64,000 nt of DNA. Source: a virus. Below the pieces are notes generated by a model. That model made no database searches, was not told the origin of the DNA, and worked only from the letters and a program-made list of their open reading frames with translations. The translations under genes were made by a program, and so were the position numbers. The stretch is from positions 1 through 64,000 of the IMG/VR virus record IMGVR_UViG_3300035199_000659. One strand, 5' to 3'. Shown here in pieces: positions 1 to 9,151 of this stretch (positions are counted from its first letter, which is position 1; each line of letters begins with the position of its first letter).

Positions 1-141
1 ATCCTCTACCATGCCGAAGTCTTCAGCGTCTACTGATTCGTGGTAGCTGTCTTTTTCCTGCGCGAACGCGGGAGGTGGTTCTGCGGGAGGCAGAAAATCA
101 AATTCGTTTTTATCTTCGTTGTTATCGTTTTCGTCTGACAT
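1..141 (-). CDS. Hypothetical protein, 5' part only (runs off the window)
   Basis: Not in the ORF track. I translated ATG at 141 as MSDENDNNEDKNEFDFLPPAEPPPAFAQEKDSYHESVDAEDFGMVED, open to base 1, with an AGGA Shine-Dalgarno-like site upstream. Confidence 0.7.
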   Translation of the reverse strand, partial: MSDENDNNEDKNEFDFLPPAEPPPAFAQEKDSYHESVDAEDFGMVED

Positions 142-181
142 TGTTTATTCCTATTGTTTTGGTATCTTGTAGCATGCGGAG

Positions 182-637
182 CTATCCTGATGCCTTTTCC
201 ATATAAACGCCTTGATGGGTTTCGCCTTGTTCGTCGGGGATGGTATCGGCGTATTTGAGCACTTCCCATTCTGATGTTGCCGTATCATCTCCAGTGGGTC
301 GTGGGATCACTGGAGGACGGCTGGCGCCTGCGCCGCGTATATACTCGGTGCGCTGATCCATCGCAGCTTTAATTCCCTTATCATCTAACCCAAATTCCTT
401 AAGGTATCTTACTACTGCGGAATTGTTCCCACTACCAATAAGACCTTCTAATGACATTGCGCGCTCGGCGGTGAAGGCGCGATGGTCTACCAATACCTTA
501 TATATTGCTTTTGCTAAATACTTCTTAGCTTGCTGCGGGTTGAGGAAGCGCGGCGGAGCAGCGCCGTATTGCTCGTCAAGAGCTTTCTCAAGCTCTTCCT
601 TGATAATGTTCTTAAGTTGCCTCTTGGTTACTTTCAC
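182..637 (-). CDS. Hypothetical protein with MKVTKRQLKNIIKEEL N-terminal motif (putative virion-internal protein)
   Basis: 151 aa, AGGAG SD upstream. The N-terminus matches that of 3925..4914. Confidence 0.7.
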   Translation of the reverse strand: MKVTKRQLKNIIKEELEKALDEQYGAAPPRFLNPQQAKKYLAKAIYKVLVDHRAFTAERAMSLEGLIGSGNNSAVVRYLKEFGLDDKGIKAAMDQRTEYIRGAGASRPPVIPRPTGDDTATSEWEVLKYADTIPDEQGETHQGVYMEKASG

Positions 638-648
638 TTTGCAATCTC

Positions 649-3600
649 CTATTGATTTACTCTCGCGTATCCTGCTTTTTTCTCAATTACAATTTGCATG
701 TCAACGCAGTCTTTGAGCGAATCAAGGTGCGAGATCAACAAAACGTTCTTAAAATACACTTTAATTAGTTCCAAGATCCTAATAAACCCCTCCATATTTT
801 CCTCATCTAACGCTGTGCCGGGTTCGTCAAGAATGAACAAGTCTGCCTTTGGCAGCGAAGACACACTCAAAAGCGCTAAACGAATAGCCATGGCCGCCAT
901 CGTCTTTTCTGCTCCGGAGGCCATTTCAATCGGACGCTCATCATGTAATGGATGTTTAATAAAGATATCAAACTTGTTTCCGTTACTTTCAAAAAAGATT
1001 TCAAAGTCAACAATGTTCGCAAGAATCTTTGCAATCTCTTGATTGATGACCGGAATCTTCTTTTTAATCACATCGTAGGCAATTCCATTTGCGTGCATAC
1101 ACCTCATGAAGAGATCGTAGGCCGCAAACTCTCGTCGTAGTCTAAGATGAGAAGCGCGCTCGTTTCTGAGGGACTGTAGTTTTTGTTCCTCGGAGCCAAT
1201 TTGCTTGTATAAATCGAGCGTCTTCTTTTCGCAGCGCGTGATCTTGGCTTGCGATCGTTCGATTTCTTTTTCGTGGGCGGTCTTTTCCTTTAGCAGTCTT
1301 TCTAAGTTTTCAATAACATCCTTGTTCTCATTATATTCTCCTATCTTAGAGTCGATTTCTTTTAACTCAAACTCAAGATTGGTTTTTGTGTTTCTGTTTC
1401 TCTCGCGTTTAAGCTCCATAGCTGAGATTTGTTTTTCTAAGGCTTCCGCCAAAGTTGCTATCGTCTCAAACTGTGCTATCTTTCTCCTTATGTCGATAGC
1501 CCCCACTTCAGAAAGAGCGGCCACAGCGGTCGATAAGTCATGCTCAGTAACCTCTTGGGTGGCAACTGCAACGTGAGCGTCTTTAATAAATCGACACGTA
1601 GGGAACGAGTCGCCACAGGGAATGCTATTGAGCAGCTCTTGCTTCTTATCTATCTCGGACATTTCCTTTTGTAGTCTCTCAATCTTCGTCTCCAAGTCGC
1701 ATGCGATAACTTGCTTTTCTCTTAACTGTTCAATATTAATCGACGCAACAAATTCATAAGACTTGTCGTACTTCATCTGTTTCTTGTCAATTGCCAATTC
1801 TTGTTGTGCCATGGCTTCAATTAATAAAGCCAAATCTCTTTCTTTATTGCGGTGGTTTTTTGTTGCTATCGTAATGTCAATAAATTCTGCTGGAATTGAA
1901 TTTATCTGAACATTCAGAGATTCAAGTTCTGCGTTTGCAGAGTCTATCGCACTCGCCAATCGGGAACATATTGACTGATTTTCTTTTGACTTAGTCCTCG
2001 CCTCGGATAAATCAGCCACAACCTCTTCAATTTCAGAGTCGAAGCTTCGATCATCGTTCTTCTTTAAGAGCACTTTTGTCTCGACAGAATCTTCCTTAGC
2101 GAGTTTGAATTTCTTATCAAACATCTCTAAATCCAAAAACTTGGCAATAATCTCTTTACGACGAGTTGACCCCTCATCGACAAACGAGAAGGCGCCGTGC
2201 TGAGAGGCCAGAGAAGACACGGAAAAATCTTCCACAGTTCCGAAATGCTTGCGAATATTTGCATCCGTCTGATTGCGCGTGGTGCCATTCAGTGAAGTCG
2301 TTTCGCCGGTCACCTCATCATAAACCTCAAAGTTCAAATCAGTCTTGGCCTCGAGGGTTTCCTCCCCCTTAAGGCGCTTGACATATTTCTCTGAAGCCCT
2401 AGAAATGGTATATCTCCTTGCGCCGACTTGGATTTCTAATTCGCCGCGGCCAAACTCTCTATTTTGGTTGATGACGTTGAGATTCTTTCGCTCGTTTTTC
2501 GACGTGGTATTAAAGAGAGTGTACAGGGCGGCATCGATAATAGAACTCTTCCCAGAAAAATTCTTTCCAAAGATGCCAATAATCCCCGCCATACTATGAA
2601 AATCAATAGTGTTGTCTTCTCCGTAATTAAACAGATTATCCCATTTAAAATTCTTAATTTTCCAGTTAACATTTCTAGAAATTTCTTCGCTGTCTTCAAC
2701 AATTTTATTATATTTGCGATTCAGCTCATATACTGTTTCTAATGTTTCCGAATCTACCTGAAAATCCTTCAAATATTCGTCAATCAACTCTTCTTGAATG
2801 TTGAGATCTCGCAGGTTTTCTGTCTGCAACGTGTCTGTGATGTCTTCAACATTGCCTCGTTCTCCGGCGGCGCGGTTCAAGAACGAAATGCTTTCCGGCT
2901 TAAAACGGTGCTTAGCGATATCCATCGCACGGCGCATAGAATCAAGCGGCAAGTTGTTGGTGCTTACAAGACGTAAGCGTGCATTCGAGGGCACATCAAT
3001 GTTGCGAGGCATTCTCCCAGTCAGTGTCAACGGAATCGTGAAGAACGGGCGCGGGTTTTTAAGAACGACCGGCTCAATCTCCCAATCATCCTTGGACTTG
3101 ATATCCCAAATTAGAATGCCCTTGTCATTGGTTTCTCCGTGATTTTGCTGTACAGTAGAGCCGGCGTACCATACGCGGCCATCGTCATCCAAAAACTGAC
3201 GGCGATGAATATCGCCGAGCATAGAAAAGTCAAAGTCATCAAAGATGTTGAGTTCGTCCTCTCCGTGTGTCATGGTCCAATTGGTGTCTGTCTTACAGCG
3301 ACTGATAGAGCCATGATACAGGGCAATGTTGATTTTATCTGTATCAGTTGGTTTTACCCACCGATCTCGATCAAACACAGAAAGCACATTTAAGCAAAAG
3401 TCATCGTTAATGTGGGTTTCACCCGAATCTTTCAACAGGTGCAGATCGTCGACAGCTAGCGCATCAACAATCGGAGTCAAGGCATCTTGACGGCTACTGT
3501 TTTTTAGGTTTCCATCGTGATTGCCCAAGATAATATACGTCGGCGCAATCATCGCCAGATTCCTGAAAAACTCAGAACACATCTCAACGAACTCCGGTGA

Positions 3601-3756
3601 GATCTGTGTTTTTGTGTGGGCTATGTCTCCACAGTGGACAATATAGTCCACCTCTTCTTCTCGCAGTGTCTTGTACAACTGCTCGAAAATAATATTATAT
3701 TCATAGTGATACTTCAAATTTTTAATATGAGTATCTGCTATATGTGCGAACTTCAC
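649..3756 (-). CDS. Fused Mre11/SbcD nuclease - Rad50/SbcC ATPase (T4 gp47+gp46-like)
   Basis: Metallophosphoesterase motifs ADTH, GDIAH, GNHD, GDIH; Walker A GKNFSGKSS; long coiled coil; signature-like ASGAE; Walker B FILDEP; H-loop LISH. GTG start with GGAGG SD. Confidence 0.93.
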   Translation of the reverse strand: MKFAHIADTHIKNLKYHYEYNIIFEQLYKTLREEEVDYIVHCGDIAHTKTQISPEFVEMCSEFFRNLAMIAPTYIILGNHDGNLKNSSRQDALTPIVDALAVDDLHLLKDSGETHINDDFCLNVLSVFDRDRWVKPTDTDKINIALYHGSISRCKTDTNWTMTHGEDELNIFDDFDFSMLGDIHRRQFLDDDGRVWYAGSTVQQNHGETNDKGILIWDIKSKDDWEIEPVVLKNPRPFFTIPLTLTGRMPRNIDVPSNARLRLVSTNNLPLDSMRRAMDIAKHRFKPESISFLNRAAGERGNVEDITDTLQTENLRDLNIQEELIDEYLKDFQVDSETLETVYELNRKYNKIVEDSEEISRNVNWKIKNFKWDNLFNYGEDNTIDFHSMAGIIGIFGKNFSGKSSIIDAALYTLFNTTSKNERKNLNVINQNREFGRGELEIQVGARRYTISRASEKYVKRLKGEETLEAKTDLNFEVYDEVTGETTSLNGTTRNQTDANIRKHFGTVEDFSVSSLASQHGAFSFVDEGSTRRKEIIAKFLDLEMFDKKFKLAKEDSVETKVLLKKNDDRSFDSEIEEVVADLSEARTKSKENQSICSRLASAIDSANAELESLNVQINSIPAEFIDITIATKNHRNKERDLALLIEAMAQQELAIDKKQMKYDKSYEFVASINIEQLREKQVIACDLETKIERLQKEMSEIDKKQELLNSIPCGDSFPTCRFIKDAHVAVATQEVTEHDLSTAVAALSEVGAIDIRRKIAQFETIATLAEALEKQISAMELKRERNRNTKTNLEFELKEIDSKIGEYNENKDVIENLERLLKEKTAHEKEIERSQAKITRCEKKTLDLYKQIGSEEQKLQSLRNERASHLRLRREFAAYDLFMRCMHANGIAYDVIKKKIPVINQEIAKILANIVDFEIFFESNGNKFDIFIKHPLHDERPIEMASGAEKTMAAMAIRLALLSVSSLPKADLFILDEPGTALDEENMEGFIRILELIKVYFKNVLLISHLDSLKDCVDMQIVIEKKAGYARVNQ

Positions 3757-3767
3757 GCATCCTCCGG

Positions 3768-3887
3768 TTAATTAATATAGGGCGCTCCAAAACATGAGTG
3801 TAGCATTATCGGCAAGATAAACATGCCTAAACACACACCAATCTCAAAACATACAACTTTTACAAGCGTATCTACAATACAATACAT
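3768..3887 (-). CDS. Small hydrophobic Cys-rich protein (39 aa)
   Basis: Translated by hand: MYCIVDTLVKVVCFEIGVCLGMFILPIMLHSCFGAPYIN*. GAGG SD upstream; it fills the gap between a sigma70 promoter and the Mre11-Rad50 RBS. Confidence 0.5.
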   Translation of the reverse strand: MYCIVDTLVKVVCFEIGVCLGMFILPIMLHSCFGAPYIN

Positions 3888-3903
3888 TTCGCCCTCATGT
3901 ATT

Positions 3904-3932
3904 AATATACCACATTGCTGTTGACTATGCAA
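3904..3932 (-). promoter_or_regulatory. Sigma70-type promoter (early/middle) for the Mre11-Rad50 unit
   Basis: TTGCAT (3932-3927), 17-nt spacer, TATATT (3909-3904), with a TGn extended -10. Confidence 0.7.
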
Positions 3933-4914
3933 GCACTTTCTTTCGATTTTTATAGTTTTTCCAAGTGATCTTGCTTTCTTTCATTCTTCGTTTTTGATCT
4001 TGTTGGACTCTTTTGTTGGTGGCGTCGATGATTCCCTGATCCAACATCTCTTTATCGTCATCATCGGGAGTGACTATCATTTCTTCATCGGGCTGCTCAA
4101 GGGCCTTTATCTCGCCCGAGCCCATGAAGCCTCCATATTGAGATTTATAAAAATCTTCTGCAGTCATTCCTAATTCTGGCAGAACATAGTCTCCGCTAAT
4201 CTTGTCTGGGTCGACCATTTCTATTCTGCTTTCGAGGCCATGGCCCGGTACGCTGACCAACTCGTCATGGGCGGCCACAACATCAAGCGCATTAACAAAG
4301 TTCCCTTCATATGTCTTAAAGAAATTATCGATGTTCTGTTCAAAGTCGCCTTCGTAGCCGCGTTCATTATCTCTGAGATTATCCAAATCAATTTCCCCAT
4401 AGCGCTCAAATGGGCGCAGGCCCTGCTCCATTCTTTCGGCATTTATTTTTTTATCTTGGAGTGCCTGCACGGCTATACTATAACTGGCCGGCAAGACCGT
4501 GGTTTTTCCTTTCGAGCCGGGCTTAAACACCACAGCATCCTCTCCCTTCCCCCATCGAAATGCATATTGGTTGTTCAACTGATCCGAAAACTTATCGAGT
4601 TGAGCCTCATCGCTGGCCGCCTTCTCCATGTTTTGTGTTATTTCGGCATCGATATTTGCGCCCTTAATGTCGGCATGTTGGTCGGTAGCGTATTTAAGCC
4701 CTCCAAAACCAATACCTAAAAATAAGGCTAATGCTGCGGGTATCTTTTTCCCTTGACGAGATAGCCTTCTGTATTCCTCTCTGGCTTTCTGTACTTCTGG
4801 ATCCTCTGAGTCTTCAAAGAGTATTTCAATTTCCTTTTCGACATAATATTCTATAAGGCGCATTTCGACCTCTTCTTTGATAATCTTTCTAAGTTGTGAC
4901 TTTGCGATTTTCAT
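3925..4914 (-). CDS. Hypothetical acidic protein with MKIAKSQLRKIIKEEV N-terminal motif and one hydrophobic helix
   Basis: 329 aa, AGGAG SD, hydrophobic segment IPAALALFLGIGFGGL. Confidence 0.75.
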   Translation of the reverse strand: MKIAKSQLRKIIKEEVEMRLIEYYVEKEIEILFEDSEDPEVQKAREEYRRLSRQGKKIPAALALFLGIGFGGLKYATDQHADIKGANIDAEITQNMEKAASDEAQLDKFSDQLNNQYAFRWGKGEDAVVFKPGSKGKTTVLPASYSIAVQALQDKKINAERMEQGLRPFERYGEIDLDNLRDNERGYEGDFEQNIDNFFKTYEGNFVNALDVVAAHDELVSVPGHGLESRIEMVDPDKISGDYVLPELGMTAEDFYKSQYGGFMGSGEIKALEQPDEEMIVTPDDDDKEMLDQGIIDATNKRVQQDQKRRMKESKITWKNYKNRKKVLA

Positions 4915-4923
4915 TTTTGCTCC

Positions 4924-5862
4924 TTATACTGCTGATAGTAAATTCAACAATAAATAGTTATCGGCATCGATAAAGGCTGCTTTATTCTTTCGCTCTTCAA
5001 ATACTGACTTGGGCATAGAACCAACATCCTCATAACCGCCAACATCGATCTTATGAAGCTCAATATCATACTGTTGCAGCATCTTAATAATTCGACGCTC
5101 TTTAGAGGCAGCGTCGGGATCTAGGGCTAAATAAACGGGCGTATCATTATATACTATTTTCCGGACCAAACTGGAATCTCGACGCAGAGTCGAGCCCAGA
5201 ATAGGCACAGCGTTGCCAGCCACAATTGCGTCAAAGGCGCCTTCGACCAATATCAAGTCAGAGTTCCAGTCTGTAAACAGCTCGTTGAACACGACGTTCT
5301 TCGATGCTCTTGGGTTCTTGTATTTGTATGAGTCCCCGTTATATGAACGGGCAATGAAATAGTTTACGTCCCCTCGCTCATCAAACGATGGAATCACAAT
5401 GCGATTGCGATATTCGCCCTCAAAGCAATATCCAATCTTCCATCGAAGGATATCTTCGTCAGTCACGCCACGGTTTTGTAAGTATCGATAGGCAAACTTT
5501 GCTGTCGCTGGCAGCCTCTTCGCCGATAGGCTTATGAACTGTTCCGGGAATTCCACTCGCTCGTAGATTTCTTCAGTGATCGGTTCCATAAAAAGATCAG
5601 CGAATCTTTCAAGATCGACCCGGTTTGTAATTTGGTCCCATTTCTGTAGTTGTGAAATCGTACCAAAACGTCTAACAAGACGCCTAATATTACGACCGCG
5701 ATAATCACAAACCCAACATTTAAAAGCATTTTTGTCCAAGTTAATAGAGAGTTTGCGCTTGTGGTGATTGCATGACGGACACTTGAAAAGAAGTTCCGAG
5801 CCGGAGTCTCTGTTGTATCCAATAACTTCATTCAATATCCTCTTAGCTTCGGCTCTATCCAT
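4924..5862 (-). CDS. DNA primase (Zn-finger + TOPRIM)
   Basis: CPSC...CWVC zinc finger, YLQNRG, RIVIP, KYKNP, TOPRIM motifs LVEGAFDA and ALDPD. Confidence 0.9.
   Translation of the reverse strand: MDRAEAKRILNEVIGYNRDSGSELLFKCPSCNHHKRKLSINLDKNAFKCWVCDYRGRNIRRLVRRFGTISQLQKWDQITNRVDLERFADLFMEPITEEIYERVEFPEQFISLSAKRLPATAKFAYRYLQNRGVTDEDILRWKIGYCFEGEYRNRIVIPSFDERGDVNYFIARSYNGDSYKYKNPRASKNVVFNELFTDWNSDLILVEGAFDAIVAGNAVPILGSTLRRDSSLVRKIVYNDTPVYLALDPDAASKERRIIKMLQQYDIELHKIDVGGYEDVGSMPKSVFEERKNKAAFIDADNYLLLNLLSAV
4949..4958 (-). promoter_or_regulatory. Putative late promoter (ACTATTTATT) inside the primase 3' end
   Basis: Copy of the recurrent TAWTTA motif, 35 nt upstream of the ATG at 4914. Confidence 0.45.
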
Positions 5863-5877
5863 ATTACCCTCAGCTTA

Positions 5878-5906
5878 AATGTAACACATCTACTCCCCAG
5901 AGTCAA
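5878..5906 (-). promoter_or_regulatory. Sigma70-type promoter for primase
   Basis: TTGACT (5906-5901), 17-nt spacer, TACATT (5883-5878), with a TGn extended -10. Confidence 0.7.
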
Positions 5907-6459
5907 GTGAATCTTGAATAATTTTATGGCCGGCATGGGCAACAATAATGGCGTCGGCACGATCAAACGATTCTGGCTTTGGATTTCCGAATCGTGTATA
6001 CTCTACACTAAATGCCTTTTCAGTATCCAGCAAATGCTGCAACACTACTTGTTTTGCCTTCTGTCCTCTGGGAACTTTTATTCCGCAAAGCTTGCGCGCT
6101 TGGGTGGCGCCGACATATTGAGGCTTGATCTCAAATAATTCGTAAACCATCCACGATACAATCCCATTAAATTTTTGTAATGTGGCCATGGTTTTAGCTG
6201 ACGAGCCTCCAGAGTTGAAAAACGTGAATGGTTGCTCGATAAAAATGTGCTCAATGGGAAACTTGGAGGAGCCGATAAATGACTCATTGTCACACTGGTA
6301 CATCTCAAAAAGATCCATAATCTTCTCTTTCATTTCTATGGCTTTTGCAAATACGTCTTTGTGCTTTCGCAAATCAATCGAGTCATAATACAACAGCTGC
6401 TCATCTGCCACTATAGCAACGCCAGTAATACTTGTCGAGATATCTAATCCTAATATCAT
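5890..6459 (-). CDS. ruvC: RuvC-like Holliday junction resolvase
   Basis: RNase H-fold motifs ILGLDIS..TG, IFIEQP, K..V and DRADAI. Confidence 0.85.
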   Translation of the reverse strand: MILGLDISTSITGVAIVADEQLLYYDSIDLRKHKDVFAKAIEMKEKIMDLFEMYQCDNESFIGSSKFPIEHIFIEQPFTFFNSGGSSAKTMATLQKFNGIVSWMVYELFEIKPQYVGATQARKLCGIKVPRGQKAKQVVLQHLLDTEKAFSVEYTRFGNPKPESFDRADAIIVAHAGHKIIQDSLDSGE

Positions 6460-6460
6460 T

Positions 6461-6802
6461 TTAAACCTTGTATTTTCGCCAGCTATATGGTTTTCTATTG
6501 TCTAAATAATTCTTGTTTAGCATTTGGGCATATGCTTCTTGCTCGAAACGTATTTTATAATATGCCAGCTCTTTATCTCGGAACTTTATTATTCCTTTTA
6601 GATAATCCCAGCCATATAGTATATAAAAGAATAACACAAGCAGCTCTTTTTGTTGAGCAATATGTATGCTTTCATGACATAAAACATCTTCTGACATTTC
6701 TTCTCTTGAGATAATAAAAGGATATAAAGTAATTGCAGTAATATCCACTACCACAGAAAGTGTTCTCAATAGTTTAGGGGCTATTATCGTTATTGGTTTC
6801 AT
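6461..6802 (-). CDS. Small HExxH zincin-like protein, probably membrane-associated
   Basis: HESIH followed by a hydrophobic stretch and FEQEAY (candidate third Zn ligand). Confidence 0.6.
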   Translation of the reverse strand: MKPITIIAPKLLRTLSVVVDITAITLYPFIISREEMSEDVLCHESIHIAQQKELLVLFFYILYGWDYLKGIIKFRDKELAYYKIRFEQEAYAQMLNKNYLDNRKPYSWRKYKV

Positions 6803-8025
6803 TAGATATCGAGCTTTATTTTAAATGAGATGTCTTGATCTTCTTTTTTCAAAATTGGGTTTGCAAGTGTTGCTATGCCAATTAAGTTTTTATTTTCATC
6901 ATATACAGCGACTCTAGAAATATATACTTGCCGCTTGAACGGGGCATTATAATCGGGATAGCTAGAACTGACTGTGTTATATATCGTCCTTGTCGCACTT
7001 TCTTCGTAGATAGCCGAACTGGTTTGTTTTAATTGGCTTTGGCCGTAGGTCAAATAAGTGGGGTTGTTAGAGTAATTTGCTTCCCCTTTGCGGGCATGCG
7101 CGAACATTGTCACTACTTGTACATCGTTCACTCCTTGAAACGAAAAGTCAAATGAGGCCGAGACATACCCAACGGCGGTGGTGGCGCGTGTTACGTTATC
7201 TTGAGCGCCGGCGCCCCAATAAATCCACGATGGGGCAACACCGGCGCCGCTTCCGGAAACAAGCGGCAAAGATTCCCCATTTAAAGCCCATGATCCTGTC
7301 AAAAGCACAAAACCTTCACTGTATAAGACCACGCCGGCGACAGAGCCTGTGCTCGAGCCGGATACCTCTATCAGTTCGCCGTTGCGCTTAATGTCCTGTA
7401 ATTCGCCGGCCAATGAGCCTGTGACATACCACTTAAGCGAGATGCTCCCGGGCTTGATACTCTCTCCGTAAAAAATAGAAGGAATCGAGATAAGGTTGAT
7501 GGTCTGGTTATCTTTATTGCCATACGAAGACGTGACTTTATAGTGCTGACTTCTGGTGCCGTAATAATTCAGCTTGTTTTTGAGGGCGTAATAGTGGCGA
7601 TAGACCGGTGCCGCGAGAAACGTTTCGCCCGTGGCGTCATTGACGCCCAGAGTCCGGCGGCCTGCAGTCACCATCAACTCTCTAGTGATCGAAGCAGACA
7701 TCGGATAGCTTGACGTCATCACATCGCCATAAGCAAATTCAGTTGAGTAAGTTGTCGAACTTACAGTTCTCCAATTCGTTCCGGAGCTTTGCTTTGTGAC
7801 AAATGGATAGATGAGCGGATTCGTGCCGGAATCTCGATCGATGTTTACTTCATATAGGCTAACAAAACCAGAGGGCGTGTTCTTTACGTTTGAACTAAAG
7901 GCGCCGGATTGGGCTGGCTGGTTGTTGTAGTAGATGTTCCCATCATACACAAAGAACTGGCAACGCGGGTTGGTAACCATCGTGTTGACAATAACATCAC
8001 TCTCGCCAAATTCCTTAAGCGACAT
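6802..8025 (-). CDS. Virion structural protein (baseplate/tail collar-like)
   Basis: C-terminus YISRVAVYDENKNLIGIATLANPILK...KIKLDI resembles phage tail-collar/baseplate domains; paralogous to 8028..9134. Confidence 0.65.
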   Translation of the reverse strand: MSLKEFGESDVIVNTMVTNPRCQFFVYDGNIYYNNQPAQSGAFSSNVKNTPSGFVSLYEVNIDRDSGTNPLIYPFVTKQSSGTNWRTVSSTTYSTEFAYGDVMTSSYPMSASITRELMVTAGRRTLGVNDATGETFLAAPVYRHYYALKNKLNYYGTRSQHYKVTSSYGNKDNQTINLISIPSIFYGESIKPGSISLKWYVTGSLAGELQDIKRNGELIEVSGSSTGSVAGVVLYSEGFVLLTGSWALNGESLPLVSGSGAGVAPSWIYWGAGAQDNVTRATTAVGYVSASFDFSFQGVNDVQVVTMFAHARKGEANYSNNPTYLTYGQSQLKQTSSAIYEESATRTIYNTVSSSYPDYNAPFKRQVYISRVAVYDENKNLIGIATLANPILKKEDQDISFKIKLDI

Positions 8026-8027
8026 GT

Positions 8028-9134
8028 CTAATAATCCAGTCTAACTCTCAATGTAAGCTCGTTAGTCGGGTCCTTTCTGAGGGGCTCTGATAACTTAGCT
8101 AATGCCAGCAATTGGCCAGTCTCCTCTCCATACAGTCCAATGGTGGTGATATATGCGAGAGGCTGATCGGAGGCATCGTTTTTAACTCGAATTGTGCTCG
8201 CCGACAGATATGTCGGATTGCCACTGTGGTTATACTTGTTAGATGGGACCCGGCAAAAGTAAATCGTAGAGTTAATCTCGGTCGAGTTGTTGAAAGCGAC
8301 GTTGCGAATTCGGTGTCTAACAGCGTCGCAAGCGCCGCTAATAGAAGAAGACTGCATTGCTTGAACATATGTCTGAGATCCCAAGGTGGGGTGGACGTAG
8401 AAGCCCGCTGATGAAGAAGCTATGTCAGTCTTAAATGCTGAGCCGCTAAGGAGCACAATACCGGACTCATAAAATACGATTCCACGGGGCGCAGATGAGG
8501 TGTCATAAAGCACACCATAATCGCCACCAAGAGTCTCGGCCGAGCCACTGCTCGTTGTAGTCTGACTGTCAGTCAAAACTCGCTGGCCGGAGGCGCCGAA
8601 AGGGGTTGCCCACGGACCATAACCGACTGTGATGCTAAACGATCCCATCTTAATCTGATCTTTCGTAATCAGCCGAGAGAAATTCAGGAATACGCCGTCT
8701 GTGCAGACGGTGCCGCGGCTTCCGCCCCACGATCCGGTGTTGTCTAGGTTAAGATCTAACTCGAACTTTCGAACTGTGTTGTTTGAGCCAGTATAGCCAA
8801 GCAGAACTTGAGAGAACTGGTTGTACATGTTGATCTTCTTCTTCTGCTGACCGGAACCCGTTGGGCCGGCGCCGGCAGATGCACTTAAGACCGAAGACTC
8901 GTCATATCCAACCGTAATATCAAGGATGTGGTTGGCTGATGAACTCAGGTAGGGGTAATCGTAGACACTCTGGAACATCCCGTGGGAGTAGTTCTTGATG
9001 TTTCCGCCGGCAGTAAGCGTGCCATAGGTGCCACTCAGGATAGAGCCCGTAAGTGGGATCGACTCGTGTAATAACGTTCTCGTTGTTGTAATGTCAGTAT
9101 CTGGGTCAAAAATTTCGAAAGCAGTAATAGTCAT
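8028..9134 (-). CDS. Virion structural protein (baseplate/tail collar-like)
   Basis: C-terminus NPTY...YITTIGLYGEETGQLLALAKLSEPLRK...RVRLDY; S/T/G-rich. Confidence 0.65.
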   Translation of the reverse strand: MTITAFEIFDPDTDITTTRTLLHESIPLTGSILSGTYGTLTAGGNIKNYSHGMFQSVYDYPYLSSSANHILDITVGYDESSVLSASAGAGPTGSGQQKKKINMYNQFSQVLLGYTGSNNTVRKFELDLNLDNTGSWGGSRGTVCTDGVFLNFSRLITKDQIKMGSFSITVGYGPWATPFGASGQRVLTDSQTTTSSGSAETLGGDYGVLYDTSSAPRGIVFYESGIVLLSGSAFKTDIASSSAGFYVHPTLGSQTYVQAMQSSSISGACDAVRHRIRNVAFNNSTEINSTIYFCRVPSNKYNHSGNPTYLSASTIRVKNDASDQPLAYITTIGLYGEETGQLLALAKLSEPLRKDPTNELTLRVRLDY

Positions 9135-9151
9135 TTAATATCTCCGTTGAT

